Below are positions 13,180 through 26,929 of a stretch of DNA of 64,000 nucleotides, piece after piece. The position numbers and the translations under genes were made by a program. The stretch is from the human T2T-CHM13v2.0 reference genome, Homo sapiens, in the NCBI RefSeq assembly GCF_009914755.1, contig NC_060925.1. The stretch is one strand, 5' to 3'. The notes under the pieces are model-generated. The model was not told the DNA's origin. It searched no databases and was given only the letters and a program-made list of their open reading frames with translations. Position 1 is the stretch's first letter. Every line of letters begins with the position of its first letter.

Positions 13180-14282
13180 AATCTAACTACTCTCTGACTG
13201 ATGAGAGTCTGAGAAGGACTGAAAACTTTCTAGAACTCAGCAAACTTCAGCCGAGGGAGTAAGAAACCAGTCTTTTCTTTGCGCAAACACCCACACTCTC
13301 CCTCTCAGAGCTCGTTTAGGACCCACCTCACTTGACTAGGATCCTTTTCTACACCAACAATTTCAATGACTCTGCTTTGAATTTCTAGTCTTCTCTTTAC
13401 ATAGTATGAAATTATATGATTGGGTAAAGATCTCAGCACCAGGTCAATCTCCATTTGCAGGTCCCAAAGGAATGTATCCAGTAATGATCTTTAGAATGTG
13501 GGTGTCTCAATTGCATATGGGCTCACCTTTGGAATCTTAAGTGAAATTCTGAGACAAGAGAAAATGTCTTTTCAACATTAATTGTAGGATAATCAAGTCT
13601 GAAGATAGAGGCAGATAATGAAACAAATTTTGGACATACTGAATTTGAGGTGTCTGGGACTCTTTCCAGTTTATTTGTCTAGACATCCAGCAGCTGCATA
13701 TAAGGGTCAGCAACTGCATATAACAGTCAAGGTCTCCTGGATGGAGACAGAGATGGAGATGAAAGCCATAGCATATAGATGGTATATATGACCCATGAGA
13801 GTGGGAAAAGAATATGAAGCGAGAAGACTAAAGACAAGCTTTAGAAAACACCATAATTTAAAGACTTGTTAGCACCAAAAATGTGACAAAGATAGGTTTG
13901 AGGAAAAGAAAAATTAAATATGGCACTCATATCTTCATTTCTGAAGAGGTATATATTACTGTCTGTTCTCTTCATAAAGCAGATTCTTACTGATGTCACA
14001 TGGGCCTTGTCTAATGAGGACCCCAAAAGTACACACGGTTGGCTGGCCTAGAGAGCCCAGCTGATATTATTTAAAATTCTACTGTGTTCTTCATTCAGCA
14101 GAGACAGTGTGTCATTTCCATATTTGTAACAAGCATTAATGATACTTGCACAGATGACAAATGTCTTCTCTGGTGAAAAATTAATGCACCACAATATTTT
14201 CCCTACCTGGGGTTAATGAACATGTCAGATGCTGAAAATGAGTTGTTTGAAACTAAATTACTATAATCTATATTTAGAAGAT

Positions 14283-14300
14283 TGCCACTAGGGGGGAGTT
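14283..14300 (+). promoter_or_regulatory. Candidate CTCF motif
   Basis: TGCCACTAGGGGGGAG versus core CCACYAGRGGGCRS; one mismatch at the conserved C; lies in non-repeat sequence. Confidence 0.3.
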
Positions 14301-14459
14301 ACGGGTATATGTGAGTGGATATATTTGAAGTTCTCTTTACCTTGAGTCTTAATTTTCACAAGGCCTTAAAAATACTAACTTGCTCAATAGTCTCACATAA
14401 AGAAGAAACAGTCCATCACATTCTCTACAATGTTGGATAGAACTCTCCTGAACAATTAT

Positions 14460-14850
14460 TCTCATTTATTCATTCATTCAGTGAGTAAACAAATATATAG
14501 AGTACTCATTATGTACCAGGCACTCTGCTATGTACTAGGGATAAAGAGATGAGTAAGACATGATCCTTGCCCTCAAAGAGCTCATAGCTGTACATAAAAA
14601 ATATAACATTGCAATTAACTGTAGCGATGGTTGGGAAAAACACAGGGGGGCTGTGGATATAAAGAGATAGACTCCCTAATCCACCTGGAATCTTTTCTGG
14701 AGGCTGTGATGCCTCAGATTGAATTCTCAATGACAAGTCAATCTGTGTCAGGTTCAGTAAGCGGGAAGAAATTACTGTAGGCAGAGAACAGAGTTGTGCA
14801 AAGGCAGAGAGGTAGGAGATGATAAGGCCGTTTGGGAAACTGAGTGCCTA
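14460..14850 (-). mobile_element. L2 3' end
   Basis: CATTCATTCA...TATGTACCAGGCACTCTGCTA...CCTTGCCCTCAAAGAGCTCA. Confidence 0.75.
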
Positions 14851-15179
14851 TAATATTGTATAACAAATTAATTAATGGGAGACCATTCATATTTAAAAAG
14901 GACTCTATTTAAAAATACATTTAGTGTATATGCTTAATGCTTGTCCATATAGTGTAGTATAGGGCTAAGGGACATATTATGACTCAGGCAGACCTGCACT
15001 CCAATTCCAGCTAAACCTCTAGACTACATTGGAAATATTGGATGAGGTCCCATAATCTCTCTAATCCTCAATTATTTAATCTATAACACAGAAATATTTA
15101 CTGTATTATTTATAGAGTACTATGTACCAACAAGTACTTTAATTATCTAATTTAATCTTCAAAACCACCATGAGAGTAG

Positions 15180-15478
15180 TTTTTTTTTTTCTTTTTTGAG
15201 ACATTGTCTCTCATTGTTGCCCAGGCTGGAGTCAGTGGCAAGATCTCAGCTTGCTGCAACCTCTGCCTCCCAGGTTCAAGCGATTCTCATGCCTCAGCCT
15301 CCCAAGTAGCTGGGCCTACAGACGTGCACCACCACACCTGGCTAATTTTTTTATTTTTGGTAGAGACGGGGTTTTGCCATGTTGGCCAGGCTGGTCTTGA
15401 ACTCCTGGCCTCAAGTGATCTGCCCACCTCGGCCTCCCAAAGTGCTGGGATTAAAGGCGTGAGCCACCGTGCCGGGCC
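15180..15478 (-). mobile_element. AluJb/Sz inside a MIR
   Basis: Full dimer with CTGGCCTCAAGTGATC; decayed TSD catgagagtag/catgtgcgtac. Confidence 0.92.
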
Positions 15479-16215
15479 CATGTGCGTACTTTTACTTAAC
15501 TTGCTTTACAATGAAGAGCTAAGGCAGATAAATTAAGTAATTGCCAAGCTCAAACAGATGGTGAGTAATGAAGGAGGAATCCAACCCAGTAACGTGACAC
15601 CATCCCCTGCATTTTCAACCACTATACTGAACCTATTGTATGAGATGGTTGTAAGTTCATGCATGTGAAATGGTTAGCACCTGTTCCTGGCACCTAGTAT
15701 ATATAAACGATAAGTATAAATAGTCCTACTCCATTATTACTATTTTAATATGAGAGATAACAATTATTGTTAGTAATTGTTATTATCCTGTGGTTGTTAT
15801 ATAGATCAAATGAGAGAGGAGACTTGAAGCACATATAAAACTGTAAACCAATAAGCAAACACAAAGATTTATTTTTCTAACATTATCTTTGAGATAGCAG
15901 GCCATGGCTTAGAGACATTAAAGAAATGGCATGAGTTTTGGAATCAGACAATACTGAGTTTGAAATAAATCTCTACCATTTAATAGTATGTGGATTTCCA
16001 CAAATCAGTTCGAACTTCTAGGCCTCATCTGAACCATGGAAACAATAGTAATAATGATAAGAACAACAATAACAACATATACCACTTAGTGTTATTTTAT
16101 GGAGTCAATGAGAAAACGTCTATAAAGAACCCATTATAATACCTGGCATAGATAGGATAGCTGTTCAAACAATAGAAGCTATGTATTTATTATTATAAAT
16201 AATAATTTATAATAA

Positions 16216-16318
16216 TTCTGTTTCACAGAAGGGCTAAATTATAATGATAATAATGATAATATTATAATGATAATGACTTATTATTATCATTATAATTTAG
16301 CCCTTCTGTGAAACAGAA
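16216..16318. repeat. Perfect 39-bp inverted repeat with 25-nt spacer
   Basis: 16216-16254 is the exact reverse complement of 16280-16318. Confidence 0.95.
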
Positions 16319-17854
16319 GTATTAACTCTTTGAATACAAATACTTGTTTGTTTTTCCTAGATATTCCTGTGGGTGATAATTATGATTTTTCAATACCTTG
16401 TGCCACTACCCTCTATTTCAATTCCTTGATGCAACTTTTTCACCTCTGCTTGTCTTTGTTTTCCGTTTCTTCACCAGCACAGAGAGGGTGCAAGAAAGAA
16501 GAAAAGTTGGCCTCAGAAAGATCTGGAGTTGAATCCTAGCTCTGTTACTTACTAGGTAGTAGACAATTAGAAAGTTACTGAACCTCTTTGAATGCCTGTC
16601 TGTGAAATGAACATGTTAAAAACCTACAAGACTGTAAAAGAGCACTGAATGAGATAACAAAAAAAGTACCAAGAAAAGGCATACTTTTAGCAGCTGGAAG
16701 GAAAGACACAGATTTTAAGGATTCAAGGTCCCCTTTGTTTCCCATGCTTAAGACTCTCCTACATCCCTACTTCCTTCTCCAGCAGCAATGATAATTCAAC
16801 TCAACTTTCAATGCTTAAGAAAAATATCATTGCTTCTAGGCGATTTCCCCTCATTCTTCAAAAAAAAAGATGGATGCCTGTCTCCTCTGGGACCTTAAAT
16901 CCAGGGATTATGTCTGTCTTGATCATTGCTATATCCTTAGGTCCAATAGCAATGCTACAAGCTCAAAAATATTTCATTGATGAATGGATGACAGAATGGT
17001 GAATGAATGAATGAATAATTGTTTTTCCTCTTCCTATCCGCTATTGTACCTGGCACAATGCCTTCAAAAAGGTGGCTATTTAAAATGAGATGTCTATAAG
17101 AAGGAGAAAAAAAATCATCCCTCCATTTTGGCAGATCAAGTAATAATTTTTTCCACCATGAGAGAGTCTAAACAGCACAATTACAAAAATCTTAGGGGTG
17201 TAGGAGTTATAACCATCATAAATTATACTTTTTATTCCCTTTGAGAAATCCTCCTGATTTATTACATTTACTTAGAAATTGTCATAGCTTTTTCTGAGAC
17301 ACTTATCTGTACCCTCCAATATTCACTCCATCAAATGAGTGAGGTGGTGGTGTGGTGAGAGCAGACATTTCGGAGTACTAACATCCCAAATGAGTTCCCA
17401 TGCTTAGGAGTCTTGAAACATTAGACACCTATATCATCCATATCTAGGCTCAACTTGACCTCAAAAGAAAGCTTCTTGCTGCTTTTCAAATTTGCTAGAT
17501 AATAGAGTCTTGCCAAAGTTTTCTAGACTTAGAAAGGTCTTCCTTTGGCTACAGCTGATGCAGAATTTTTGCTGGAACAGGAAGACTCAGCTATAACAAA
17601 AAGCAGGCTAGAGGCAGGAGGCTCTGAGAGAAAACTGACATTCTACTTGGAATGGCAGAGGCAAGACAAGCTAGGTGAGGCACAGACATAGACATTTATA
17701 CCTTTCTGAATGCTAGGCTTTGGCATGCATGATAACTTGCAATTTTCCCATCTGACATCTGGAAGCTGCCTAGGTCCAGCACAAAACAGGATGGATAATG
17801 ACTAATGAAACAAACAAACAAAGAAACAAACAAAAAGCAGTGCATGTCACTGGC

Positions 17855-18275
17855 TGATATAGTGATACAGCTTGGATTTATCCCCTCCAAATCTCATGTT
17901 GAAATGTGATCTCTAATGTTGGAAGAAACTGGTGGGAGGTATTTGGGTCATGGGGGTAGACCCTTTATGAATGGCTTGGCATCCTTCCCATGGTAATAAG
18001 TGATTTATCATGCTATTACTTCATGTGAGATCTAAATGTTAAAAAGATCCTGGCACTTCCTCCCCTCTCTCTTGCTCCCTCTCTCTTCATGTGATCCACT
18101 GGCTTCTCTTGCCATCTGCCATAAGTGTAAGCTTCCTGAGGTCCTGACCAGAAGTACATGTTTGTGCTATGCTTCATGTATAGCTTGCAAAACTGTGAGT
18201 CAAGTAAACCTTTTTTCTTTAGAAATTACTCAGCCTCAGGTATCCCTTTATAGTAACACAAAGTAGACTGATACA
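17855..18275 (+). mobile_element. MSTB (MaLR) solo LTR
   Basis: TGATA...CCCTCCAAATCTCATGTTGAAATGTGAT...GACTGATACA; perfect TSD ctggc; first 8 bp tandemly doubled (tgatatag tgatacag). Confidence 0.9.
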
Positions 18276-18439
18276 CTGGCTGAAAGAACCAGGCTTGGAC
18301 AGGGGCAGAACTTGTTCCAAAGATCCCACCATCGTGTGCAAGCCAAAGTCTTCCCTGGTCAATGAATTGTACTGACATGATCCTAGATGTTTGGGTTCTT
18401 ACGACGGAGGAAGAAAAAAATGTTTTTCTTAATTAATCA

Positions 18440-19090
18440 CTTTTTATGTTTTTATTGTGGTAGAATTCACACAAAATAAATTTACCATTTTAAATTATTT
18501 ACCAATTCAGTGGCACCTAAGACATTCACAATGTCGTGCAACCATCATCTCTATCTAGTTCCAGAACATATTAATCATCCCAAAAGTAGAACCCATCTAC
18601 ATTAAGTATTCATTCCTCATCGCCCCCACTCCTCTCCACCCATTGGCAACCACTAATCTGCTTTCTGTCTCTATGGATTTGCCTATTATGAATATTTTAT
18701 AAAAACGAGATCATAAATATGTAGTCTTTTGTGTCTGGATTCCCTCACTTTGCATATTTTTCAGGGTTCATTCATGTTGTAGCATGTATCAGTCTGTCAT
18801 TCTTTTATGGCCGAATAATATTCTACTATATGGATATGCTGCATTTTGTTTACTCATCCATTGATAGACACTGGGGTTGTTTCCACCCTTTGTCTATTGT
18901 GAATACAGCTGCTTTGAACATCTGTGTACAAGATTTTGTTTGAAAACCAGCTTTCAATTCTTGGGGGTATATACCTGGGAGTGAAATCACTGGGAAATAT
19001 GGAATTTTATGTTTAACTTATTTTAAACAACTAAACTGTTTTCTATAGAAAACACTTTTTTACGTTCCCACCAGCAGTTTATGAGGTTAA
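18440..19090 (-). mobile_element. L1MB 3' end
   Basis: ACATTCACAATGT.GTGCAACCATCA...GGCAACCACTAATCTGCTTTCTGTCTCTATGGATTTGCCTATT. Confidence 0.85.
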
Positions 19091-19493
19091 TCTTTTAAAA
19101 GTATTTATTTATATGTACAAAGCACTTTATACACCTTTTCTCATGTTATCCTTGTATTAATTTCTATGAGGAAGTTACCATTATCATTTTTTTTACAGAT
19201 TAAAGTAAGGCTCTGAGAGATTCAGTAACTTGTCAAAACCCACGTCTCTGTGGTTATAAATCCTGGACTTTTGGCCACAAACCTAAGCCTCCTTTCAAGC
19301 CCAGGCACTGTGGCTTCTCTGACAGCTCCAGGAGAAGCCCTGGAATACATTCCTGGCTCTTTCTGTCCCACCTATCAAAGCAATCTGTGGGTTCTTTTAG
19401 TCAGTCTAATATTTTTATGTTGCTATGCATTGGATATTTTCACAGGTAGTATTATATTTAATTACCATTCTATACTTAGAAGAAATTGAGGCT

Positions 19494-19805
19494 GGCCGGG
19501 TGTGGTGGCTCATGCCTGTAATCCCAGCACTTTAGGAGACTGAGGCAGGTGGATCACTTGAACGCAGGAGTTTGAGACCAGCCTGGGCAACATGGCAAAA
19601 CCCATCTCTAATAAAAATACAAAAAATTATCCAGGCATGGTGGCACACGCCTGTATTCCCAGCTACTCAGGAGGCCGAGGCAGGAGAATCGCTTGAACCT
19701 GGTGGGGGCGGAGGTTATGGTGAGCCAAGGTAGCACCTAGCACCACTGTACTCCAGCCTGGGCAACAGAGCAAGACTCTGCCTCAGAAAAAGAGAAAAAA
19801 GAAAA
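19494..19805 (+). mobile_element. AluJb/Sz inside a MIR
   Basis: GGCCGGGTGTGGTGGCTCA... full dimer with degenerate A tail. Confidence 0.92.
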
Positions 19806-20039
19806 TGTGAGGTTAAGAGATGATAAGTAATTTATTCAAAGTCTCACAAAATTAGCAGCACACAAAGGTTTGCTGAAGTCAAGACTACTGCTCCTTCACT
19901 AGATAGATCTGTAAGGTAGTAAACAAATTTAATAAATATCCCAGCATAACCTTTAGATATCTTTAGAAATCATCAAGAGGTCAGCTTTTAAAAAACTATT
20001 CATAACAGCATAATCCTTTTTACAAAGCAAATCTTACGA

Positions 20040-20490
20040 AGAGGAAATTCTGCTTCTGGCCAAACAGTGTAACAGGGAATAGATTTAACTTCTTGTCTTA
20101 ATCAACCATAAAATTAAAGCAAATGTATGAAACAATCATTTTCAGATACTAGAAAAAAGGCAGCAAAGAACAGTGACCCCTGAAAGACAGCAAACAAACA
20201 AGGTGACCCTATGATTACCCAGTTTATTATCTAAAGGGAATGTTTCCAGGCCTTGGCACAGAGAGGTGAATCAAGTGGATTTGGGGGATCCTTCTGAGTT
20301 GAGAAGATAAATTTGGGAGTTTAGGTAGGACAAAGTTGCTAAAATTCACAGGGTCCTCTCAAATCTTCACCTGAATACTGCTCAGTGTATGGGTATATGG
20401 AAACTAACCAAAGATGAGGAAAAAAACACTGGAAAGGAGTAAGCAGAAAAATCCTCAGAGTTCACGGCTGGGAATAGTTCATATTACTAA
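20040..20490 (+). mobile_element. Ancient L1M 5'-end fragment
   Basis: CTTCTGGCCAA...ATGAAACAAT..TTTTCAGA...ACAGTGA.CCCTGA, resembling L1MD/ME 5' UTR. Confidence 0.55.
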
Positions 20491-20491
20491 T

Positions 20492-20890
20492 TGTGATGAT
20501 TTATTTTATATGTCAACTTAGAGAGTGCTTATGATGAAATTAACATTTACATTGGTGAACTTTAGATAAAGCTCACGAAAATGAAGACTTTAAAAATTCT
20601 CCATAATGAAGGTGGGACATACCCAATCAGTCAAAGGCTTAAATAGAATGAAAATACCACCCTCCTTGAGCAAGAAGAGTGCCTTCAGATTAGAACTGCA
20701 CATCGGCTTTCCTGGGTCTCCTACCTGCCTGCCCACACTGCCAGCCTCCATCATCACATAAACACACACACACACATATATAATTAGATATTATATATAT
20801 AATTACAATATATAATATATTATTTTATATTATAAATTATAATAATTATATATATATTATATATAATATATAATTGTATGAGCCAATAAA
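20492..20890 (+). mobile_element. MLT2 (C/D-like) LTR, 3' end lost in TA-rich tract
   Basis: TGTGATGATTTATTTTATATGTCAACTT...CCAATCAGT.AAAGGC...GCCAGCCTCCA. Confidence 0.8.
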
Positions 20891-20924
20891 CTGTGTGGAT
20901 AAAATATATATCACATAATATATA

Positions 20925-21347
20925 TATGCAGAGAGAGAGTGAGATTGATTTTAAGGAACTGGCTCACGTTATAGTGGAGGCTGGCAAACTTAAAATATAC
21001 AGGGCAGGCCAGTGGACTACAAACTCAGGCAGGAATTGAAATCACAGTCTTGAGTCTGAAATACATCAGGCAGACCAGCAGGCTAAAAATTCTGGCAGGA
21101 TTTCTATGTTATGGTCTTGAGCTGAATTCCTTCATCTCCAGAAACTCACTTTTTTGTTCTTAAGGTCTTCAGTGGATTAAAAGGGGACCACCCAAATTAT
21201 TGTGGGCAACCTCCTTTACTTAAAGTTAATTGATGTTAAATCCCAATCACATCTAGAAAATACCTTCACAGCAACATCTGGACTAGTGTTTGACCAAACA
21301 ATTTGCACCACAGCCTAGCCAACTGACACATAAATTTATCTATCACA
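20925..21347 (-). mobile_element. MLT2D LTR, 3' end lost
   Basis: AATACCTTCACAGCAACATCTGGACTAGTGTTTGACCAAAC...GACACATAAA...ATCACA. Confidence 0.85.
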
Positions 21348-21522
21348 CTTAAATAAGTTACTTAATATCCTTGTGTGCTTCCAGTTCTTCATTTGTCAAA
21401 TGGGGTTAATACAAGATTTTACCTAACAGTATCATTATGAGATAAAATATATAAAATGCTTAGAATACAACACTGAGATCTGATCTTCCTGCTTCTATTT
21501 TCAATACCTTCAAACTGCCTGT

Positions 21523-22036
21523 TGTGATAGTTAATTCGAACTGTCAACTTGGAGGGTTTGAGATGAGTTAGATGAGGTTAACATTTAAGTCAGTGAACTT
21601 TGCGTAGATTACCTTCCATAATGTGGGTGGGCCTCATCCAATCAGTTGAAAGCCCACAGAGAACAAAAACACCAAATGCTCCTACACCAAGAGGGAATTC
21701 TTTAAAAGACTAGTTTCAGATTTCACCTGTACCATCAGCTCTTGTGCATCACCATCAGCCAGTTTTTGGACCAGAATTGCACCACAGGCTCCCCTGGGCA
21801 CCCAGGCTACTGGCCTTCAAAATGGAATTACACCATTGGCTCTCCAGACTGCCAGCCTCTAATTGTATGAGCCAATTCTATATAATGAATCTCTTTAGAT
21901 AGATAGATAGAAGATAGATAGATAGATATATAGATAGATAGATAGATAGATACATACATACATACATACATACATACATACATACACACACACACATCCT
22001 TTTGGCTGTTTCTCTGGAGAATCCTGGCTAGTATAT
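21523..22036 (+). mobile_element. MLT2 (C-like) solo LTR
   Basis: TGTGATAGTTAATT...GTGGGTGGGCCTCATCCAATCAGTTGAA...TTTCTCTGGAGAATCCTG. Confidence 0.85.
21897..21995. repeat. Compound (GATA)n(CATA)n(CA)n microsatellite
   Basis: Read directly from the sequence. Confidence 0.95.
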
Positions 22037-22510
22037 ATGTTTACTTGCTATCTCCTCTGCTAGAAAATAAGCTTTGGAGGGGAGGTAGTATGCTTGTTGT
22101 TTTACAACTGTACATACGTCACACATAGTTTGTACTCAAGAAATATTTTATAAATGATTAAAGCTGCACTTGTCCCACTATTTTTAGTCTTTTTTAGTGG
22201 GAGTGCAGTAAACTCATTTAATCCTCTTACTCCATCATTAAACAGCAGAATTACATATACCTCCCTAACACTTTGCTTCTCTAAGAAAACACTTCTAGGT
22301 TGTTTGGCTGTTCCTCACATGACAAAATCTTTGCAATTTTAGTCACCCTTTCCTGGCCCTCTAGAGTGTATCTCTATCCCCGTATATGTTATAAAATTCT
22401 AGGTAGAATGGGATAATGCAGAAGACTGCAGAACTTCGATTTCAAAGCATCTGGATACCATTTTCTTGGAAATTATCATTGTGTGTCAGTCAGAGCCAGT
22501 GACTTTTCAA

Positions 22511-22514
<4 letters not shown>

Positions 22515-22562
<48 letters not shown>
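22515..22562. repeat. (TG)24
   Basis: Uninterrupted run. Confidence 0.95.
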
Positions 22563-22565
<3 letters not shown>

Positions 22566-23276
22566 AAATAGACACCTCTATTGTAACCCTGATGGTGTCT
22601 CAGACCTCCAAAAGGAAAAGCAATACCAAATGTTCCTTACATATTTCTTTCTACTGGAACAAACTTCGATGAAAAATATACTGGAGGATAATGAAATTGA
22701 TTACATCTAGTAAATTCATGGTATCATAGGAGGTAAAAAAAATCCTATTTCAGAATCTAGATTTTTGATAAATGGGTGGCATATCCTGCTTAGAAGACAT
22801 TACAGAAAGGCTGATGTTTTGAGTGGTGGGTTTTAATAATTAATAAATGAGCAATGTTTTCCATTTTGAGCATGCAGTATGCATCCCAGAACGCTCAAGG
22901 CTCATGTTAAAAACAAAAACTAGTTTTTTATCTCGGTTAAAACATAGTTGAGCATAAAAGAGTCTATATAGTAAGTAACAATCTCTTCTGTGAAGTCCTT
23001 GCTCGAATCCTATTCTGGGGCTTATTTTTCATCCATGTCAGTTCAGTCACTCTTGTGACTTACAGTATAATACACAAGCTCCTTAGCAAGCCATTTAAAG
23101 TTCTTATTCCACATTATCTTTTCAAATTCCTTTCCCATAAAGCCTCCTACCAATCCCTCCAATCTTGGGAACTTTGTTCATGCTGCTCTACCCATGACCC
23201 GAACTTACCTTCTATTTTCCCTGCTACTGATCACTGTTTATTGAAATTCAGTTCATCCTTTAAAGCCCAGTTCAAT

Positions 23277-23757
<481 letters not shown>

Positions 23758-26700
23758 CCAGTTCAGTATTTCATTGCCTTCACAAAGTTCTTCCAGTTCA
23801 TACACTAAGAATTAACTACTACCTTCTACACTCTGTATCTCTCTGAATACAACTCTCCCACTTTGTCCTGTATAACAGTTATTTAGATATTTAAATATTT
23901 TGTTCACCCATTAAACTGAGAACTCTTTGTGAGCAAAAACCGTACTTTATTCATTTCTATTCTCCTATCACTTAACTCATGGCCTGGTATGTGGTATATG
24001 ACCAATAGATGCTTAATAAATTAAGTAGAACTGATATCTCCATGAGGAGTAACCCCAAAACATGCCTGCGATAATTCAGGCAGGGATTTGCCCCTATAAT
24101 TTAAAACAATGGGTTTTCTGCCCAAGCTAAGTCCTAAGAAAGAGCAGAGGACTCACTAATAAAATGCTAGAAAATAGGCCATAATATTGGAACTGAGAAA
24201 AACAGGAACATTTTTAAAGAAACAATTCTGGAAGAAGAAGGTAAATAGGTTAACATAGAGGGCAAAACAAAGGGCAATAGTACAAAACAGTTCAAAATAA
24301 ATTTGTTATGGCTTTTATATGTACATATTACTATCCTCATTTTATGGAGAAAAAAATTGAGATTTGGAAAAGTTATATAATTATTCAAAGTTCTCAGGAA
24401 GAGAAACAGGTAGATCTGGGATTTATACCCAATTCTGTCTGACTCCAAAGTCCAGGATAAGACACTATTAAAAAAATATCTCCAGGAATCTTTTTAGAGG
24501 AGGAGAAAATACTCCAGAACCATTTTTCTTTTACAGGTTTATACCACATTTTTAAGGGTAGCCTATCATGATGACAAGTGGCCCGGTATATGGTATTGGG
24601 TCAAAGCTTCTCCAAACCTTGCCTCAGTTCAGATTGTGTTTTGAATTGAAGGCATGCTTTTTAATTTTATTTATACTATACATAAAATTATATTATGTTT
24701 CTCAATCAAAATCATAAAATAACATCAACAACTATCTGATATTGAGTACTACCATGAATCAGGCACTGTGCAACTCCCTTTAGATGTATTAACTAATTTA
24801 AAAAATAATCTTGACATGTTCCAGTATTTTCCAGGGTAGTAGTGGGCCTGAGTCAAATGAGTAGTTTCCCTGTTAATACTCTATCACTTCAAAAGTTTTA
24901 GGTTTCACACATGTATTTATTCATGCTTTTTTCTTTGAAAAAAAATTACTGAGCTCAGATAATGCTTCTATATCCGAAGCCAGTTGTCCTACTTTTTCAG
25001 ATTCTACTTCTACTCTTCAGCTTCATTCCTACTCTTCAGAATCCTAAAAAAAAAAAACAAAAAACCTTGGTTGTAATCAGGGGCATTTGATGCTTTCTCC
25101 ACCAACTTGGCTCCAAGATATATTCACCTGTACCATCTCCGTCCATAATTTCCTGCCTCAGAAATGCTCCTAGACTTGCTTCTCACTGGTCCCTTTCCAA
25201 AGCCCCTCATTTAACACTCAGGAAACATTCCTTGAGTGACCACTCTGTCAATGCACAGGAGAGGATACACCTATAATTTGGAATGTAAGACTGAGTCAAA
25301 TGTAGTGCTCTCAAAGAATTTAGTCGAGTAGGAATCATCCTTGACCCTTCTTTTCTTTTTTACCTTCATCATTTACATCTTAATATCCCCACCAGCCACT
25401 AGATTTCCTATATATTGCTTATACCCAAACACCTAGTTCTATACTCACTGCCACTAGCACAAAACAGGCTATGTCACTAACCTCCTTCCTAAACCTTCAG
25501 TAATCACTTTCATTCTTTACACTAAAGTCAGAATGGTCTTTCTAAATCTTTTAGTTGACCATGTCATACCTACAGTTAAACCTATCCAGTAGCTTCCCAG
25601 TAACTATAAGATCAAGTTTACACTTCTCGATAAAATGTTATGGCAAAGGCAATTCTATTTCCATCTATTTCTATTGCTTTACCTTTGACCAACCTCTCTC
25701 TTTCCCTCCAAAACACTCTTTTCTTCAGTGTTATCAAATTACTTGCATTTTCTTACATGAACTATGCTCTTTCATGCCTCTGGACCTTTGCATAGGCTAT
25801 TTCCATGGCCTGGAAAACTACATTCGTTTGTAAAACAATTCTGAACAACTGCTTTTGCTTGGGGCCTGTGAGAATAATGATATGATTCAGACATGATACC
25901 TGCCCTTAAGAAGGTTGTCAGTGGGTAGAAGCATATGGGGGAAAGTCCCAAGTGTCCTCTACCCTGATTCCTATACATGGCTCATTGTGTCTTGCATATC
26001 CAGTTATAGAAAGTGCCATTTATCCTTTCCCATGACACTACTGCCTGTCAACTGGATAAATGAATAAAACTGCTCATGGGATGTGATTTCTGAGAAGTGA
26101 TGATTTTTTTTTCTAAAGGCCACCTTTACCAACCTTGAAAGATTGCTTTAAAAGTCACGGTGCCCTTTGATGCCTTCCTGTAGGACAAAGGAACCCAGAG
26201 CTTATCTGCATGTAGACATTCTATTAATACATAATGACTCTTAGGACAAGAAGGAAATGTAAATGCATTTCCTTTTTGGACATTTCCAGCAAAACCAAAG
26301 AAGCAAAATGGCCTCATCTTAATGAAAGAGACTGCTCTTGGGAATGTGTTTAAGGGAAGGTTACAGAAGCAATATTTGAAGAAATATGGACAAAGCACAA
26401 TTCATCATTTCTTCACAGGAAAGTGATTATCAGAAGAAAGGTAGCTTCAAGGCCAGTTCTATCCTGCTTCACAAAAGATTCCATATACAGTTCAAGAAAG
26501 GATAAAAAAGAATGCCACTCAATGAGGCTATTTCACGCAAGGCCTTCTCTGCCTTTCTCGACAGAGTCTGACCTTTCTTACTTCTGATGACATTGCCTCT
26601 CTCCTTAGCCCATGCCCTTACACTGTCCAGGAAAAGAAATGTCTCCCAAGATCCCACTCTCACTCCCCAGAAGAGCTAGCTTTCTAAAACAAAAAATCTG

Positions 26701-26929
26701 TGTTATTTCTTTGATTCCTTCAGCAATGTCTGCCTGTATATTGTATGAAAAGATTAAGAGTCTCAGCATGGCATTTTAAATCCCTCTACATCTTAACTCC
26801 ACCTACCTCTGCAGCTCCATTCTTGCTGCAAACTCTAGTAAACCACTATTTGGTGCTCCTGTACCCACCATTTCATACCTTTATGCCTTGGTGCTATTGC
26901 CTCAGTCTGGAACACCTTTATTCCCTTTT

